Shown here: one piece after another, positions 11,892 through 23,600 of the stretch
How the letters are laid out: each line of letters begins with the position of its first letter
How positions within the stretch are numbered: the first letter of the stretch is position 1
Assembly (NCBI GenBank): GCA_018398765.1
Contig: JAHBMJ010000432.1
Location: forward strand, 62,001 to 126,000
Reading direction: 5' to 3'
Source of the DNA: Chromera velia
Lineage: Eukaryota
DNA length: 64,000 nucleotides
Program-made: the position numbers and the translations under genes
Notes under the pieces: generated by a model
Seen by the model: only the letters and a program-made list of their open reading frames with translations
What the model was told of the DNA's origin: nothing
The model's database searches: none

Positions 11892-12221
11892 TGTTAAATG
11901 GGTGAATGAGCACGTTGCAGGTTGTGGGAGGAGAGAGAGAGAGAAAGGCGCACACAAACAAACATGTGGACCCCATTGCCGCATTTTCCAATGTCTTCCT
12001 GTCTCGAACATATCGCCATGTTAATTTCTCGATGGGTGTTGCAGGTGATTTCTGATCACGAGCAGGGGTTGCTCTTCAAGCACAAGAGGGACAGAAAAGT
12101 GATCAACGTCGACCCAAAGGCAGAGCCAGGCGACAACACAAAGCGACACGAGATCAAGTCGAACGACGCTAAGTATCTTCAAATTGTCATTTACGATCAC
12201 ATGACTCGGAAGAAGGGGTAA
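10654..12221 (+). CDS. CFAP299: Cilia- and flagella-associated protein 299 (C4orf22/DUF4464 family), 235 aa
   Basis: Exons 10654-11184 and 12045-12221 (phase-0 GT-AG intron). Signatures FQTYEDYLD...YYLEDDELARQLV, STILFIR...GQEISGYIDYGHRLKTENF, DLSFYNW, GLLFKHKRDRKVINVDP, YDHMTRKK. Confidence 0.93.
11812..11890. repeat. (TG)n(AG)n compound microsatellite in the CFAP299 intron
   Basis: Direct reading. Confidence 0.95.
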
Positions 12222-14613
12222 AGGAGCCCATTTATCGTTCTTTCTGCAGTGAGCGAAAGTGGTCGACTTCGAGTCAATAGATGCCATTGGACGATTCCAT
12301 TCCAGTGCCATGTGGTTTAAACCTTTACCCACTGGTATTCAGACTCTCCTCTTCGGCAGCTAGCTCGCACTGGTATCCACCGTTTCAAGATTCGTTTGCA
12401 TCTTAAACAGCAACACAAGTTGTGATTGACAGGCATAGTCGGGCTTAGATCGAAGATTTGGAAAATTCTAAAATTGTTTCAATGTGGGACAACTTTAGAA
12501 ATCAAAACCTGTTTAAAGATTCTGTTTTCAGTCTGTAGTAGCCATGCAATCGAGATGGTAGAGTGTATGCATGCAATGGCAAAACTTAATTTAAGCTTTC
12601 AAAGAAGTTTGAAGTTTGAACTCCCCCCCCCGCTGGTCTCCTATAGCTGGTTTCTTAACGTTTATACCAACTAATACTACACAAAAAATTAATTTAGAGT
12701 TATTCTGTAGAAGTTATTATTATTATCTCGATTATAATAAAAACTTATAATTATATGTAAACTTTTTAGCCAGCTTTTTGCCTATAATTGTTCACTAATA
12801 TATTCTCTAGTGTACTTTGCTAGACTCTAGGCTAGACTTTAGGTACTTTGAGGCTATAAGTTTAAACTAGAGTTCAAAGTTTACGCTGAATTTGGTATCA
12901 ATTTACCATATATAGTTTCCCAGTAAATCCCTATATACCTTCAAAAAATTTAGCAAAAAATATTTCTAAAATTTTCTATATTTTAAAGTATGTGATTCGA
13001 TAATATGAATTTAGGAACTTGGTTATACAAGTCTAGATAGAAATTACCTAGGAATTTAGGTTTGCAAATCGTGAAGTAATCGTTTCTAAAGTTGTTACTT
13101 AGTCGTTCTAAATCGTTGTCTAATCAAATACTCTAAATCGTTTTAAATCTGTAAAAGTATGATATGAATTGATATTGATATGAAAGGTCACATCATCATC
13201 TGATAATCATATATCGATCAATAGAAAGTCATTTAGTTCTATTTCTGAATTTCACTGCCCTGAATCCCCTAGCTGAATCCAGCCACGAACAAGAGTCAGC
13301 TCTGCCACCAAACAAGCAGTCGATCGACTAATCAACCAATACACAGATCGGCAATCGAAACGTGCCCCTGTGCGAGGTGGGCCGTACAGTTGTGTCTTCT
13401 TAGCTCAATCCTGCTGTTTTCAAATCGGAATCCCCAAAAGAGATCGCGCGAGATGAGACAAATCCATTCATGCACTCTTGGTCGCACGACAAAAGAGGCC
13501 TGCCGGGGGACACTGACCTTCGTGAAAGCATGTAAACAGCCGGACAAGATAGAACATCGACTGGGGCACGGACAGAGAGAGAAAACGCAGCGGAAGACTC
13601 GTGCATGTTCTACAAAACACTGAAGCGTTGTTCCGCTCTGCTTACAAATACAAGACAGGCAGAGGATCTCATCTCTGCCGCATCGAGTTGAATTCTGGAT
13701 TACGTCTGAATGACCAACCTCCTATGCAGGAAAAATCGATTATCGGTACACGCATTGAATCAATGCGACGAAATTTTTAATCATCCCACCAACACAAATC
13801 CCTAGAAGGACGCACAGCGGGACCCGAAATACAGACAAAACAACATCAGAGGAAAGAACTCGGGACGCCTCAAAAGGCTCCCAAGAGACCGAAACCAGGA
13901 GGAGAGATGTATAGAAACAGAGACAATTATGCAAAAGGAGCAGATCGAGCAAAGGCCCATGCACCCATTTCATGTCTTCTCTTCTCTTCCCCCTTCCTCT
14001 TGAATTCAATAATCCCTCCATCACAGGCACGTCACCCCTCTATCTCTTCTTTGCTCGAAATTAATGCCCGTAATTCTTTCTTGTTAATTCTCTTCCGTTC
14101 CTAACCTTTGACTCGGAAGGAAGGCGGATAGCATTTTTCCCTTTTCCCTCTTTCCTACGTACAGAACTCCCTTTTGGCTTTCTGGCCCGATCGGTAATGC
14201 ATGCAGCCTTCCTTCTCGTGTAGTTCGATGTATGTCTCCCTCCCTCTCCCTTCGGAATCCGCCTTCGCTCCCAGAGCCAGAAGGAAGTAAGACACAGTTG
14301 TTGACTGATTGAATTCCAGACCTGAGGAGAAAAGCTCCTCTTCCGTTTCCAGCCACTCTTCCTTTAGAATGGACAAAAAGACGCACACAAGAAAAACAAA
14401 AGAACAACCATCCAGCCCAAGAACCCTCCCCAAAAGCAAAACAACCAATTAAGCACAGCCAAAAGCAAAACACTCACACAATCGCTCGCTCATTTGCAGG
14501 TCAAGTCACCGCCTAGTTCGCCTCAATCTCTTCTCTTCTTCTATTCGATCGCTGCAAGGGACAAACAGGTGTCTCTTTTTTTTTCCCTCTTCCCTCGCCC
14601 TTCCTTCTTTTCG

Positions 14614-15648
14614 CTAGGCTGCGGGTACAAGCCTCTCCCCCCCCGCTTGGGGAAATCCGGCCCAGCCGTTCTCTCGTTCGCGCCGCTGGTTTTGGAGGAC
14701 GCGGTCGGGCGGGTTTAGGAATCTGCTCCCGTCCCACACGACAGAACACACGCCCTGGAAATTGACAAATCGGACGGTAGGGGAGGACGCCTCGAGGATG
14801 ACCCTCTCCTTTCGGGGAACGCAGGTCTCTATCTCCAGACTTTGGCCTCCTGAGGTTCCACCCTCTTCCTCCTCTCCCTCCTCCTCTGTTGACTCTCCGT
14901 AAATGGTGATCCTCCAGTTGGGGCCTCTAGAGACACTCTCCCTCTCCCTCTCTGATGAATTTGAAGTAGACGCGTCTGTGAGGGGGGACGTTTCTATGCC
15001 GTTTGAGGGGAAGGTGGGGTGTGGAATCTCTGTTACACAGACTTGGTTGTTCTCCGAGGGAATCGCGTAGTCGTCACAGCGCCTTCCCACAGAATAGCTC
15101 CACACCTTCATCACACGCACAGCTGAAGTGCTACCCTCCCTCTCCATCTCCTCCGGGCAGAGCTGCTTGTGAATTTCAAACCAACCATTGCAACCGGCAG
15201 AGACCCGCAATGCAAAATTGTGTCTTCTGTGGACAACGAACAGACTGAGAGAGACTGGAGAGGCAGCAGTCTCACAGACAGAGAACCACCAGTTGCCTAC
15301 TTTGGGAAGCTTCAAAAGGGGCCACTTTCTCACTGCTTGTGCGAAGGCTTCAAGTCTCTCCCTGATCAGAGACGGCTTACAATCTTGATCTTTCCAGACA
15401 GGGAGATGAACAAACGGAAAAGGCAAGCGGCGGGCGAGATACGACAGATGGAGGGACACCTGTGCCAGCGTCAAGATCTCAGCGTTTGCAAGGAAGAGTG
15501 AGATGTCTTTGCACAGAATGTCATCCAAAACTCCCGTAGCGCCAAAGCGCTGGAGCGCAGTCAATGGTTCTCTTTCTGTCTCCGTCTTCTCGCCTTCACG
15601 TCTCTCATCACGGCGGTCAAAGCAAGGACACCAATCGGACAAACGCAT
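14614..15648 (-). CDS. Hypothetical protein with possible N-terminal F-box-like motif, ~344 aa
   Basis: 1-kb open frame with coding-like composition. LDDILCKDISLFLANAEILTLAQVSLHLSYLA resembles an F-box. Divergent from the SIMPL gene across a GC/AT-patterned promoter. Confidence 0.55.
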   Translation of the reverse strand: MRLSDWCPCFDRRDERREGEKTETEREPLTALQRFGATGVLDDILCKDISLFLANAEILTLAQVSLHLSYLARRLPFPFVHLPVWKDQDCKPSLIRERLEAFAQAVRKWPLLKLPKVGNWWFSVCETAASPVSLSLFVVHRRHNFALRVSAGCNGWFEIHKQLCPEEMEREGSTSAVRVMKVWSYSVGRRCDDYAIPSENNQVCVTEIPHPTFPSNGIETSPLTDASTSNSSERERESVSRGPNWRITIYGESTEEEGEEEEGGTSGGQSLEIETCVPRKERVILEASSPTVRFVNFQGVCSVVWDGSRFLNPPDRVLQNQRRERENGWAGFPQAGGERLVPAA

Positions 15649-16463
15649 CGAGGGATACAAAGGAGAAGACGCCCAAGTGCAGTCCTATGTATCTGGTCGA
15701 TACACCTCTCTTTCGAATTCGTTCAGTCTGATAAACCCTGCTACACTCGTTCAGTCACCCTGCCAACGGCAGAGCTACTCTCTACAAACTGAGCAACGAC
15801 GTGGCTTTGGGATCGTGTGGCTGGTACAGGTGAAGTCTGGTGAGTGCGGCCTGTGGCGGAAATGGCAGAACGGAATGAAGATCGAAAGCTTCGATCATGC
15901 AGGAGACGGATCTGTGAAGGCCGGGGGGTGCATGACTTCGCGCGGGCCGGAAACTGCATGCGTGCGGCGCGGTGGGCCGGCCCCCCCGCGCGGCGCCCGC
16001 GCGCGCATTAATAATTATTTACATTAGTACCCTAATCTATATAATTTATATATATTATAAATATATTATAATATATATTATAATATATTATTAATATTCA
16101 TTAATAATGAATTCATGAATTCATTAATTCATGGCTCGCGCATGCATGCCGTTCGCGATATGTTCGCGATTTGTGTGGTCGCAAAATGCATGGCCCGGAG
16201 ACGCGATTGACGGACTCAGTGGGTACTGAGTGAAGTTAGCTTGAAGTGGATTCAAGAGGGGTACAAATGGACAACTAAATGAGGAAATTCCCATTGAAGA
16301 CACGCAGAAACATCCGTCCGTGACCCCGTCAAGTTGTTCCTAGCAATAGATTGGTTCGTCACCAAGTCCAATTGGCTTTCTTTCCCGTGCTGTAGGTCTG
16401 CCTCTTTCCATCTCGACGGTTGAATCCGGGTTGATTTTTGTGTTGCAGAGTTAACGAACTAAG

Positions 16464-17228
16464 ATGCTTTTCGGTACTCCTGTTCAGAGTAGCAGTGTTC
16501 TGCGCACATCCGGGGAAGGCAAGCACTCGATTCCTGCAAGCGAGTGCCGTGTCTACATTGGGTTTGAGGCTTCAAAACCCGTGGCAACAGATGCGCAGAA
16601 GGAAGTGGCATCGAACGTTGAAAAAGTCTGTACACTGCTGAAGACGCTTCCCGACGTGAAGGCAAAGACGGGCTCCATTTCCATCCATCCAGTTCATTCC
16701 AGAGATGATCGGCACAATCGCGGCAATAGCATGTTTGGTGGGGGGGACCGTGGGGCCGACACACTCCCCTCTCTCATCGGATACACTGCGTCGACTTGCA
16801 TGACGATCCGTCTACCGCCGTCTCAAATGGGAAAAACGATCGACGAGCTCCTCAAACTAGGGCTGAGTCGTGTCGACCGGATTGAACACCTCGCGTCCGA
16901 TGAGGAAATGAGAGACGCACGGACCGAAGCATTAAAGAAGGCAGCAAAGGACGCGCGGGACCAGGCAGAGGCCGTGGCTGACGCCATGGGGGTTTCCATC
17001 AGCCCCCTCCCGCAGGAGGTGCAGATACAGTCCTCTGGGCTCAGGCACCCCGGCATTTACGGTCAGAACGCGTTGTTCTCTCAGCAGCAGATGCCCATGG
17101 TGGCTGCTCAGGGTGGGGGGATGGGTGGAGAGACGCAGATTCTAGAGGGTCAAATTGTGGTGACGGCAAACGTCTCGGTCGTCTATGACCTCGTGCAAAG
17201 CACAGAAGCCCCGATGGCAGAGGCATAA
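16464..17228 (+). CDS. SIMPL domain (DUF541/YggE-like) protein, 254 aa, intronless CDS
   Basis: SGEGKHSIP...IGFEA, GYTAST, ARTEALKKAAKDARDQAEAVADAMGV, GQIVVTANVSVVY match the DUF541 architecture. Confidence 0.85.
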   Translation: MLFGTPVQSSSVLRTSGEGKHSIPASECRVYIGFEASKPVATDAQKEVASNVEKVCTLLKTLPDVKAKTGSISIHPVHSRDDRHNRGNSMFGGGDRGADTLPSLIGYTASTCMTIRLPPSQMGKTIDELLKLGLSRVDRIEHLASDEEMRDARTEALKKAAKDARDQAEAVADAMGVSISPLPQEVQIQSSGLRHPGIYGQNALFSQQQMPMVAAQGGGMGGETQILEGQIVVTANVSVVYDLVQSTEAPMAEA

Positions 17229-17567
17229 ATCCATCCAGCCTGCTCCCTGATTTATCGGCTTCAGTATGCGTCCGTTGGTATAGATCGCGATTCTGAGACT
17301 CTCTCACAGCGGAACCGCGTCATGATCCAGAAGGTCTCTGATGGGATGGTGTCCTTCACTTCAAGTTAATTGGCGTTTTGACCATCTGGTTGGTTTCGAC
17401 GGATTTCGAGGGGAGCTCCTCCTCAATCAGAGACCTCCTTATACATGAATTGAGCGCAGCAAATGAATCAAGAGCATGTGTTTCTGGGATTATTTTCTTG
17501 TTCACTCAAGGTTTTATTTTCTGCTGCTGATTTAAAAGAGCGGTACATGCAATCGTTCATGTCCCGT

Positions 17568-17654
17568 ACACACGCGCACACACACAGACACGCACACACA
17601 CACACACACACACACAGAGAGAGAGACACACACACACACACACACACAGACACA

Positions 17655-17746
<92 letters not shown>
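17568..17746. repeat. (CA)n/(GA)n compound microsatellite
   Basis: Direct reading. Confidence 0.95.
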
Positions 17747-17748
<2 letters not shown>

Positions 17749-17931
17749 CACAGAGGGGGGAGGGGAGCAGGGGGGTGGGGGAGAGAGAGACTCGGAGATA
17801 GGTAGACCTTAAGGCTTCAGACGCATATACAGGCATGCAGAGAGACGCTGTGGGTCCACAGTGACTAACAGTGACTCCATACACATACACATACAACTTT
17901 AAATTTTTATATACACTGCATAATACACCTA

Positions 17932-18394
17932 CCCTGCAGGTAGCCAGGATTTTATGGGATTTTAGCCCAGGATTTTATCGGATTTTACGGGATTTTGGCC
18001 AGGATTTTAGCGGATTTTGCCCAGGATTCTGCCGGACTCTTAACGTTAAAAATATAATCTCTATACCTAGGATTTTAGAATCTAAAATCCTAGCAGAAAG
18101 CTAAAATCCTAGCCTCTTCTTAGGATTTTACGGGATTAGACGGGATTCTAAGGGAAAAATATAATCCCATAAAATCCCGTAAAATCCTGGCATTCATTTC
18201 TAAAATCCTAGGATCGAGGATTTTAGTCTTTATAATCCCTAGAGCCAGGATTTTAGATTCTAAAATCCTGGAGAAATAGTCCGGCAGAATCTTGGGCAAA
18301 ATCCGCCTAAATCCGCTAAAATCCTGGCCAAAATCCCATAAAATCCGCTAAAATCCTGGGCTAAAATCCCGCAAATTCCTAGCTACTTGCAGGG
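17932..18394. mobile_element. MITE (463 bp) with ~110-bp TIRs, TA target duplication and GGATTTT/AAAATCC subterminal arrays
   Basis: TA|CCCTGCAGGTAGCCAGGATTTT... pairs with ...TTCCTAGCTACTTGCAGGG|TA; the reconstructed empty site is CTAG; more than 20 GGATTTT-type units in inverted arrangement. Confidence 0.85.
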
Positions 18395-20668
18395 TAGATA
18401 AAGTACACACAAATGAAGCCTTTTTGGTACTTTTTGGTTTTGTAAGCTATAATTTGAAACTTTTTTTAAATTTTCTATTAAATTCATTGGATGTGAGCTA
18501 TGCATGGGTAGTTCTTATAGCCTAGCTTAAGGTGTTCAACCCGGTGTTATCAGATATATTGCTAGAGAAGATCGAATAAGATTGTATATAGGATATTATA
18601 GGATGTATAATGAAATTTATAAATAGAGAGAAATCTCTATTAAAAGTGTATAGTACAGATCATCATCATTCATAGATAATTAGATAGATAACTATCATGC
18701 TTACTTATAATCTTAATTAAATATGAAATCACTGTTCAAAATCGATCCTAGAATCGAAGTCAGAACGCATGGAATCGAACGTTGGAATCAAGAAGAACAA
18801 CTAACTGCGTGGTAGTTCGGCTGCATGCCATATGGCACGCCGACATCCAGTATTGAATGCTTTGAACTTATTGCCTTTTCGATTGAATTTTCCCCAACGA
18901 CATACATCCCTTTCTCTCTGTCCTCTTTCTTTCTGTATTTCTGCAAAAGAGAAAAGAAAGCGAATAAAACAACCGACGTAGACACACACTGGTCTGCTCT
19001 CGACTTTTCTACAGCCTCCGTCGAATCCCAATCGACGGACAGACCGTTCCAAAAGCATTGCAAACTCCCTCCAGTTCTCAAACAAAACTTATTTCCTGGT
19101 TGCCTCACTCCCTCCCTGCGGCCGTGTATGTGCAAGCACAAACCGCTTCTTCGTTTTCAGTGCAGCCTCCTGCAGACATACACCCACGAGATCATCTACC
19201 TTCCTGAACGAACTTGGTGGATCGATCGAAGACAAGAGAGAGAAGAAAAGAGCGACGCGGCAGCTTGGCTCGACGGTCTAGTTCAGTCAATCTCGACCCG
19301 GCCACTACGTGAAGAACACCACATGCCCCCCCCTATCCTCCACTGACTGCACTTTGCTATCTCACTTCAATCGATCACTTCGATCGTTTGTTTCTCTCTC
19401 CGTACGACCCTCTTTCTTTATTTTTTTTTTTTTCTCCCACCTCGTCTGATCTCGCTCTCTGCGTGCTAGCCAGCCAGTCTGCCTCGCAGTCTGACTTGCT
19501 GACTCTTTGGCTCGGCGACTGTCACCTCCCTGCGCTGTTCTTTCTTTTCCTCTGATTAGAGTCACTTAATTGTGCTCTCTCCCGCGTTCATTCTGCTGCT
19601 CCGCTTCGCGGACAAAACGAAGCAAGGAAACGAAACGGCCGTGGGAGGAGTGAAGGAAGGATTTCACTGAAACAAGCATGCACTCCCGTATGAGAAAGGG
19701 GTAACACAAAGACCTTTCTTCGTCCTGATTGCCATCGAGCAGGAGATACGCACAGATGGAGGCACGAAGGCAGGCACCTACCTATCAGGTATCGGAACAG
19801 ACAGAACGTTGTCATTCCTTCCGAGCTCTTTCGTTCGATCACTGATCAGGTTTCTTTTCAACCAGTGAGTGAGTGTGCTTTGAAGCTGGATTACCTCCAC
19901 TTGTGTGCCCTGCCCTCTCCCGGTCTCAACCGACCAGCAGCAGAATGAATGAATCGGAGCGTCCTCTCCTCTTCTGTGTGTGAGGTGTACTTTGGGAATG
20001 CATTCTTCGGTTTATTTTTTTCCTTCCTTTCCTTTCATCCTTCCCCTGTCCTTCCTTACCTGTGTGTTGTGTGACTCCAACTGTTGGCGATATGCGCACG
20101 AACTTACTTCACTTTCCCTTTCTCTTCTGATTGACTGGTCGGTCGGACAGACGACTGACACACCCTGCTGGATTGGATGGATAAATGAGGGAGGGAGGGA
20201 ACAATTCATTTCACTTCAATTCAGAGAGCGAAGATCCGGACAGATAGATGGGTGCATGCATGGCCTTTCAATGAATGAATGAATGAATGAGAACATCTGT
20301 CAACTAATCAATTGATCGATCGAGAAGAGGTAACAGTCCCTCTCACGAAAGAATGGACCGGTCCACCTGCAGCTGGTAAACGTTCGGCTTTCTGAATGAA
20401 TGAATGAATGAATGAATGACTCAAGCAAGGACATGCCTCAAGGGAGAATGACATGTCATGTTCAGACGAGTGAATGAATGAATGAAAGAAGCCACAAGGC
20501 ATGATGTCAGAGTGATGACAAAATGCACCCGTGACAAAACAAATGCACAAAACGAACTGGACGGACGGAGAGACGGAGTAGCAGATGAGGATCCTTCAAA
20601 GGCTGTGGTGTCACCCTCCACCCAGTAAACAAAAGAAGCAAGCAAGCAAGCAAGCAAACGAGTGCAAA

Positions 20669-20699
<31 letters not shown>

Positions 20700-23600
20700 A
20701 GAAAGAAGAAGTCCCTCAACGTGCCAAAAGGAGAGACACGCTCACACGCACACAGCGAGTAGGAAGGAAGAAAAATGACTTTGATCTATCCTTCATGTTG
20801 GTGGCGGGTCCGTGGATGGATGGAAGGAGACACACATCAAGCAGCTTTCCCCCGCCGCCACCGTCGGAGATAGGCGGGGGGAGGGGAAAGTCAACTGGAT
20901 CGATGCATCGAGTGAATGGGGCGTTGGAAGGGGAGGGAAGGAAGGGGAAGGGAAAACCTCTCGACAGAGAGAGACAAGAAAAGGGATCCAGAGAAGTACG
21001 GACGGACGGAATAATGGCATACAAGCTACCTAGATGATTCGATCGATCCACACTCGTTCCACACATTCGGCACCTCCAAAGAGGCACAGAAAGAAGGAAG
21101 GAAAGAAAGAAGGAAAGAAAGAAAAGAAAGAAAGAAAGAGAAAGAAAAGAAAGAAAGAAAGAAAGAAAGAAAGAGCGAGAGAACACTGAACGCCGCCTCC
21201 TGTCGTCTGACTGATCGATCTTCTGCATGCATGCAGCAAGCACGCCAAAACCTTGCGACGACGACGTTTCAAATACCCATTCCGCTTCTTTGCTGCAGCC
21301 ATGCAAAAGGTGGACTGAAAGAAAGTCACACATACGACCGCTTGTTCCCTCCCCCCCTTCCCCTCCCCTGCCCTTGTCACCCATCCCCAATCCCCAAAGC
21401 CACCCATCCCAACCCAACCCAACACGGCTGGGGGGGTTCCCATTCGATCGACCCTGCCCCAGGCAGCGGAAGGAATGTCACGGCCACACAGACAGACAGA
21501 CAGACAGACAGGGCAAAGATCGAAGGAGGATGAAGCCAGCAAGACACGCGAGGAAAGAAGGGAACCAGGTGAGGCAGAAATGAAGACAGACCATCAATGC
21601 ACTTGAATACAAAACATTGAAAGAATGCATACGACATACGACACATTCAAGGAAAGAACAAACAAACAAAGAAAGAAAGAAACAGGAGACAGAAGAAGAA
21701 CAGAGAAAAAAGCACAGACAAAAGATTGATTGATTAAGTCGAGAGGAAGAGAAAGAAAAGTGGCAGGCAACCACTTTTCTCTTCTCCCCCTGTCGGCAGA
21801 TTTCTCCGACCCAGCCGACACATCGCACTCTCATACTCCTCCAACCATGTCACGCACTCACGTACACAGCCAGGCAGAGTCAGGTGCTTCTTCCATTCGG
21901 AAGAGCGGCCACAGTTTTTTTAACGCGCAACGCCACTCACTGACTCACTCACTCACTCTTTCTCCCCTCCCTTTACTCGTTCCCTCGCTCGATCAACGTC
22001 CAGCGTGATACGATTTGTTGTTCCATTGATTCATCCATCCATCCATCCATTTACTGATTCGTTCTTTCACGCACTTACTTGGTTATTCATCTCATCTCAT
22101 CTCGCTTTACTTCCTTCCGACCACTTCTCCCCCCCACCCCCGATTTTCCCTTGCATCATGCCGGCCATCCAGTCAGCGCATTCACTTGCCCCCCCCGTGG
22201 AGAGAGAGAGAAGGGGGACGGGGCCAGGAAGCTTTTGTTGCCGCATGCCATTCATGCCACGTTGTTCGTTCCACTCTCTCTAAACCAAGACTAGAAAAGA
22301 GTGCCTTGCGACCTCCTCCCCCCCCCCGCCGATTTCTTACCCCATACGGAGCACAAGCAGCATCAGCATTCGACTTCTGAATGAGCAGCAGCAACAGCAA
22401 CATAAATCCATTCGGACAGGCAAGCACGCAGTCCCAGTTCCTTTCCCTCGCCCGTCTCGGCCATTTATGACGTTTCACTTCCACCTCCGCTCTCCGCTTG
22501 CTCTGATCTGCTCCCACCCACCCAGGCAAAGACGCTAACACACAAAAGGAAAAGAAGAAAAGCAGACTCCATTCAAGCATCGGTCTATGCCTGCAGGAAG
22601 GTCTCCCACTTCCTTCACTGTCTTTTCTTTTCTTTCTGCCTCAGCTTCTCTGCAGGGAGGGATGCAAAGACGGCGCGATCCACAGCGGTGTTATGACTTT
22701 CAGCTGAGTTGATCCAGCGAAGCCTGGCCCCTCTGCACCTCGCTAACCTTACCAAGCGACCAGCTCAGCATCAGCGCGGCATCACGAGGGAGAGAGGTTG
22801 ACAAGCACATTCATCTACATTCCCTTCCAACCCTCATTGTCGTTGTCCCCCCCCGCCCGACAGACAATTTAGCATCTTCTGCAGCGGCTGCGAAAGAAGC
22901 AGCCCGTCTCCATGCCAGCACACACATGCGCAGCCAGCCATCGAATGAGTGCCGACACTGACACCACCGAAAGGCAGACAGGAGGGCACCACCCCTTCCC
23001 TCCCACCCTTCCCACACAGTGAGTCGAGTGAGGTATGCATCCATCGGGTGCGGCTTTAGATCCCTCCCTCCATCCCTTCGTCCCTGCCGACACACCTACA
23101 GGGCGAGGAAGAAGGAAGGAAAAGAAAGAAACACACCGAGGACCTTCAATTTATTGCCACAGGAAAAGGAAAGGAAAGGAAAGAAAGAAAGAAGAAAACA
23201 AATAAAGAAAGGAAGAAAGGAAGGGGCACAGAAAAAAGAGGAAGAAGAAAAGACAGAGCTGATTCGATTCATTGTAAGTAAAGACAAGACAGATGGGCAG
23301 AGGGGTAAGCGGACTTTCGATCGCCACCGCTTCCCCTTTCTTTGCCTTTTATTTTCTGTTCTTAAGAGAAAGAACGAGAGAGCGGAGCAGAGCAGAGGAA
23401 GGCAAAGAACCTTCTCTTCCCTTTCTTGTCACACTTCTCTGAACTGACACGTCTGATCGCGCAGTCCTTCCTTCTCCCTTCCATCTCTGTTCCTTCCTCA
23501 GAGGGAGGAAAGAAGGACGGACAACCACGATCATCTACTTTACACCTGGAAGGGCACCCAGTTGTCGAGATCTCTCTCATGCTTTCTTTCTTTTTCTCCT

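Noticed and set aside
17940..18380. GGATTTTA repeats as telomeric repeats or a CRISPR-like array
   Set aside because: The units are arranged as inverted subterminal arrays inside TIRs with a TA TSD; there are no unique spacers and no perfect telomere unit.
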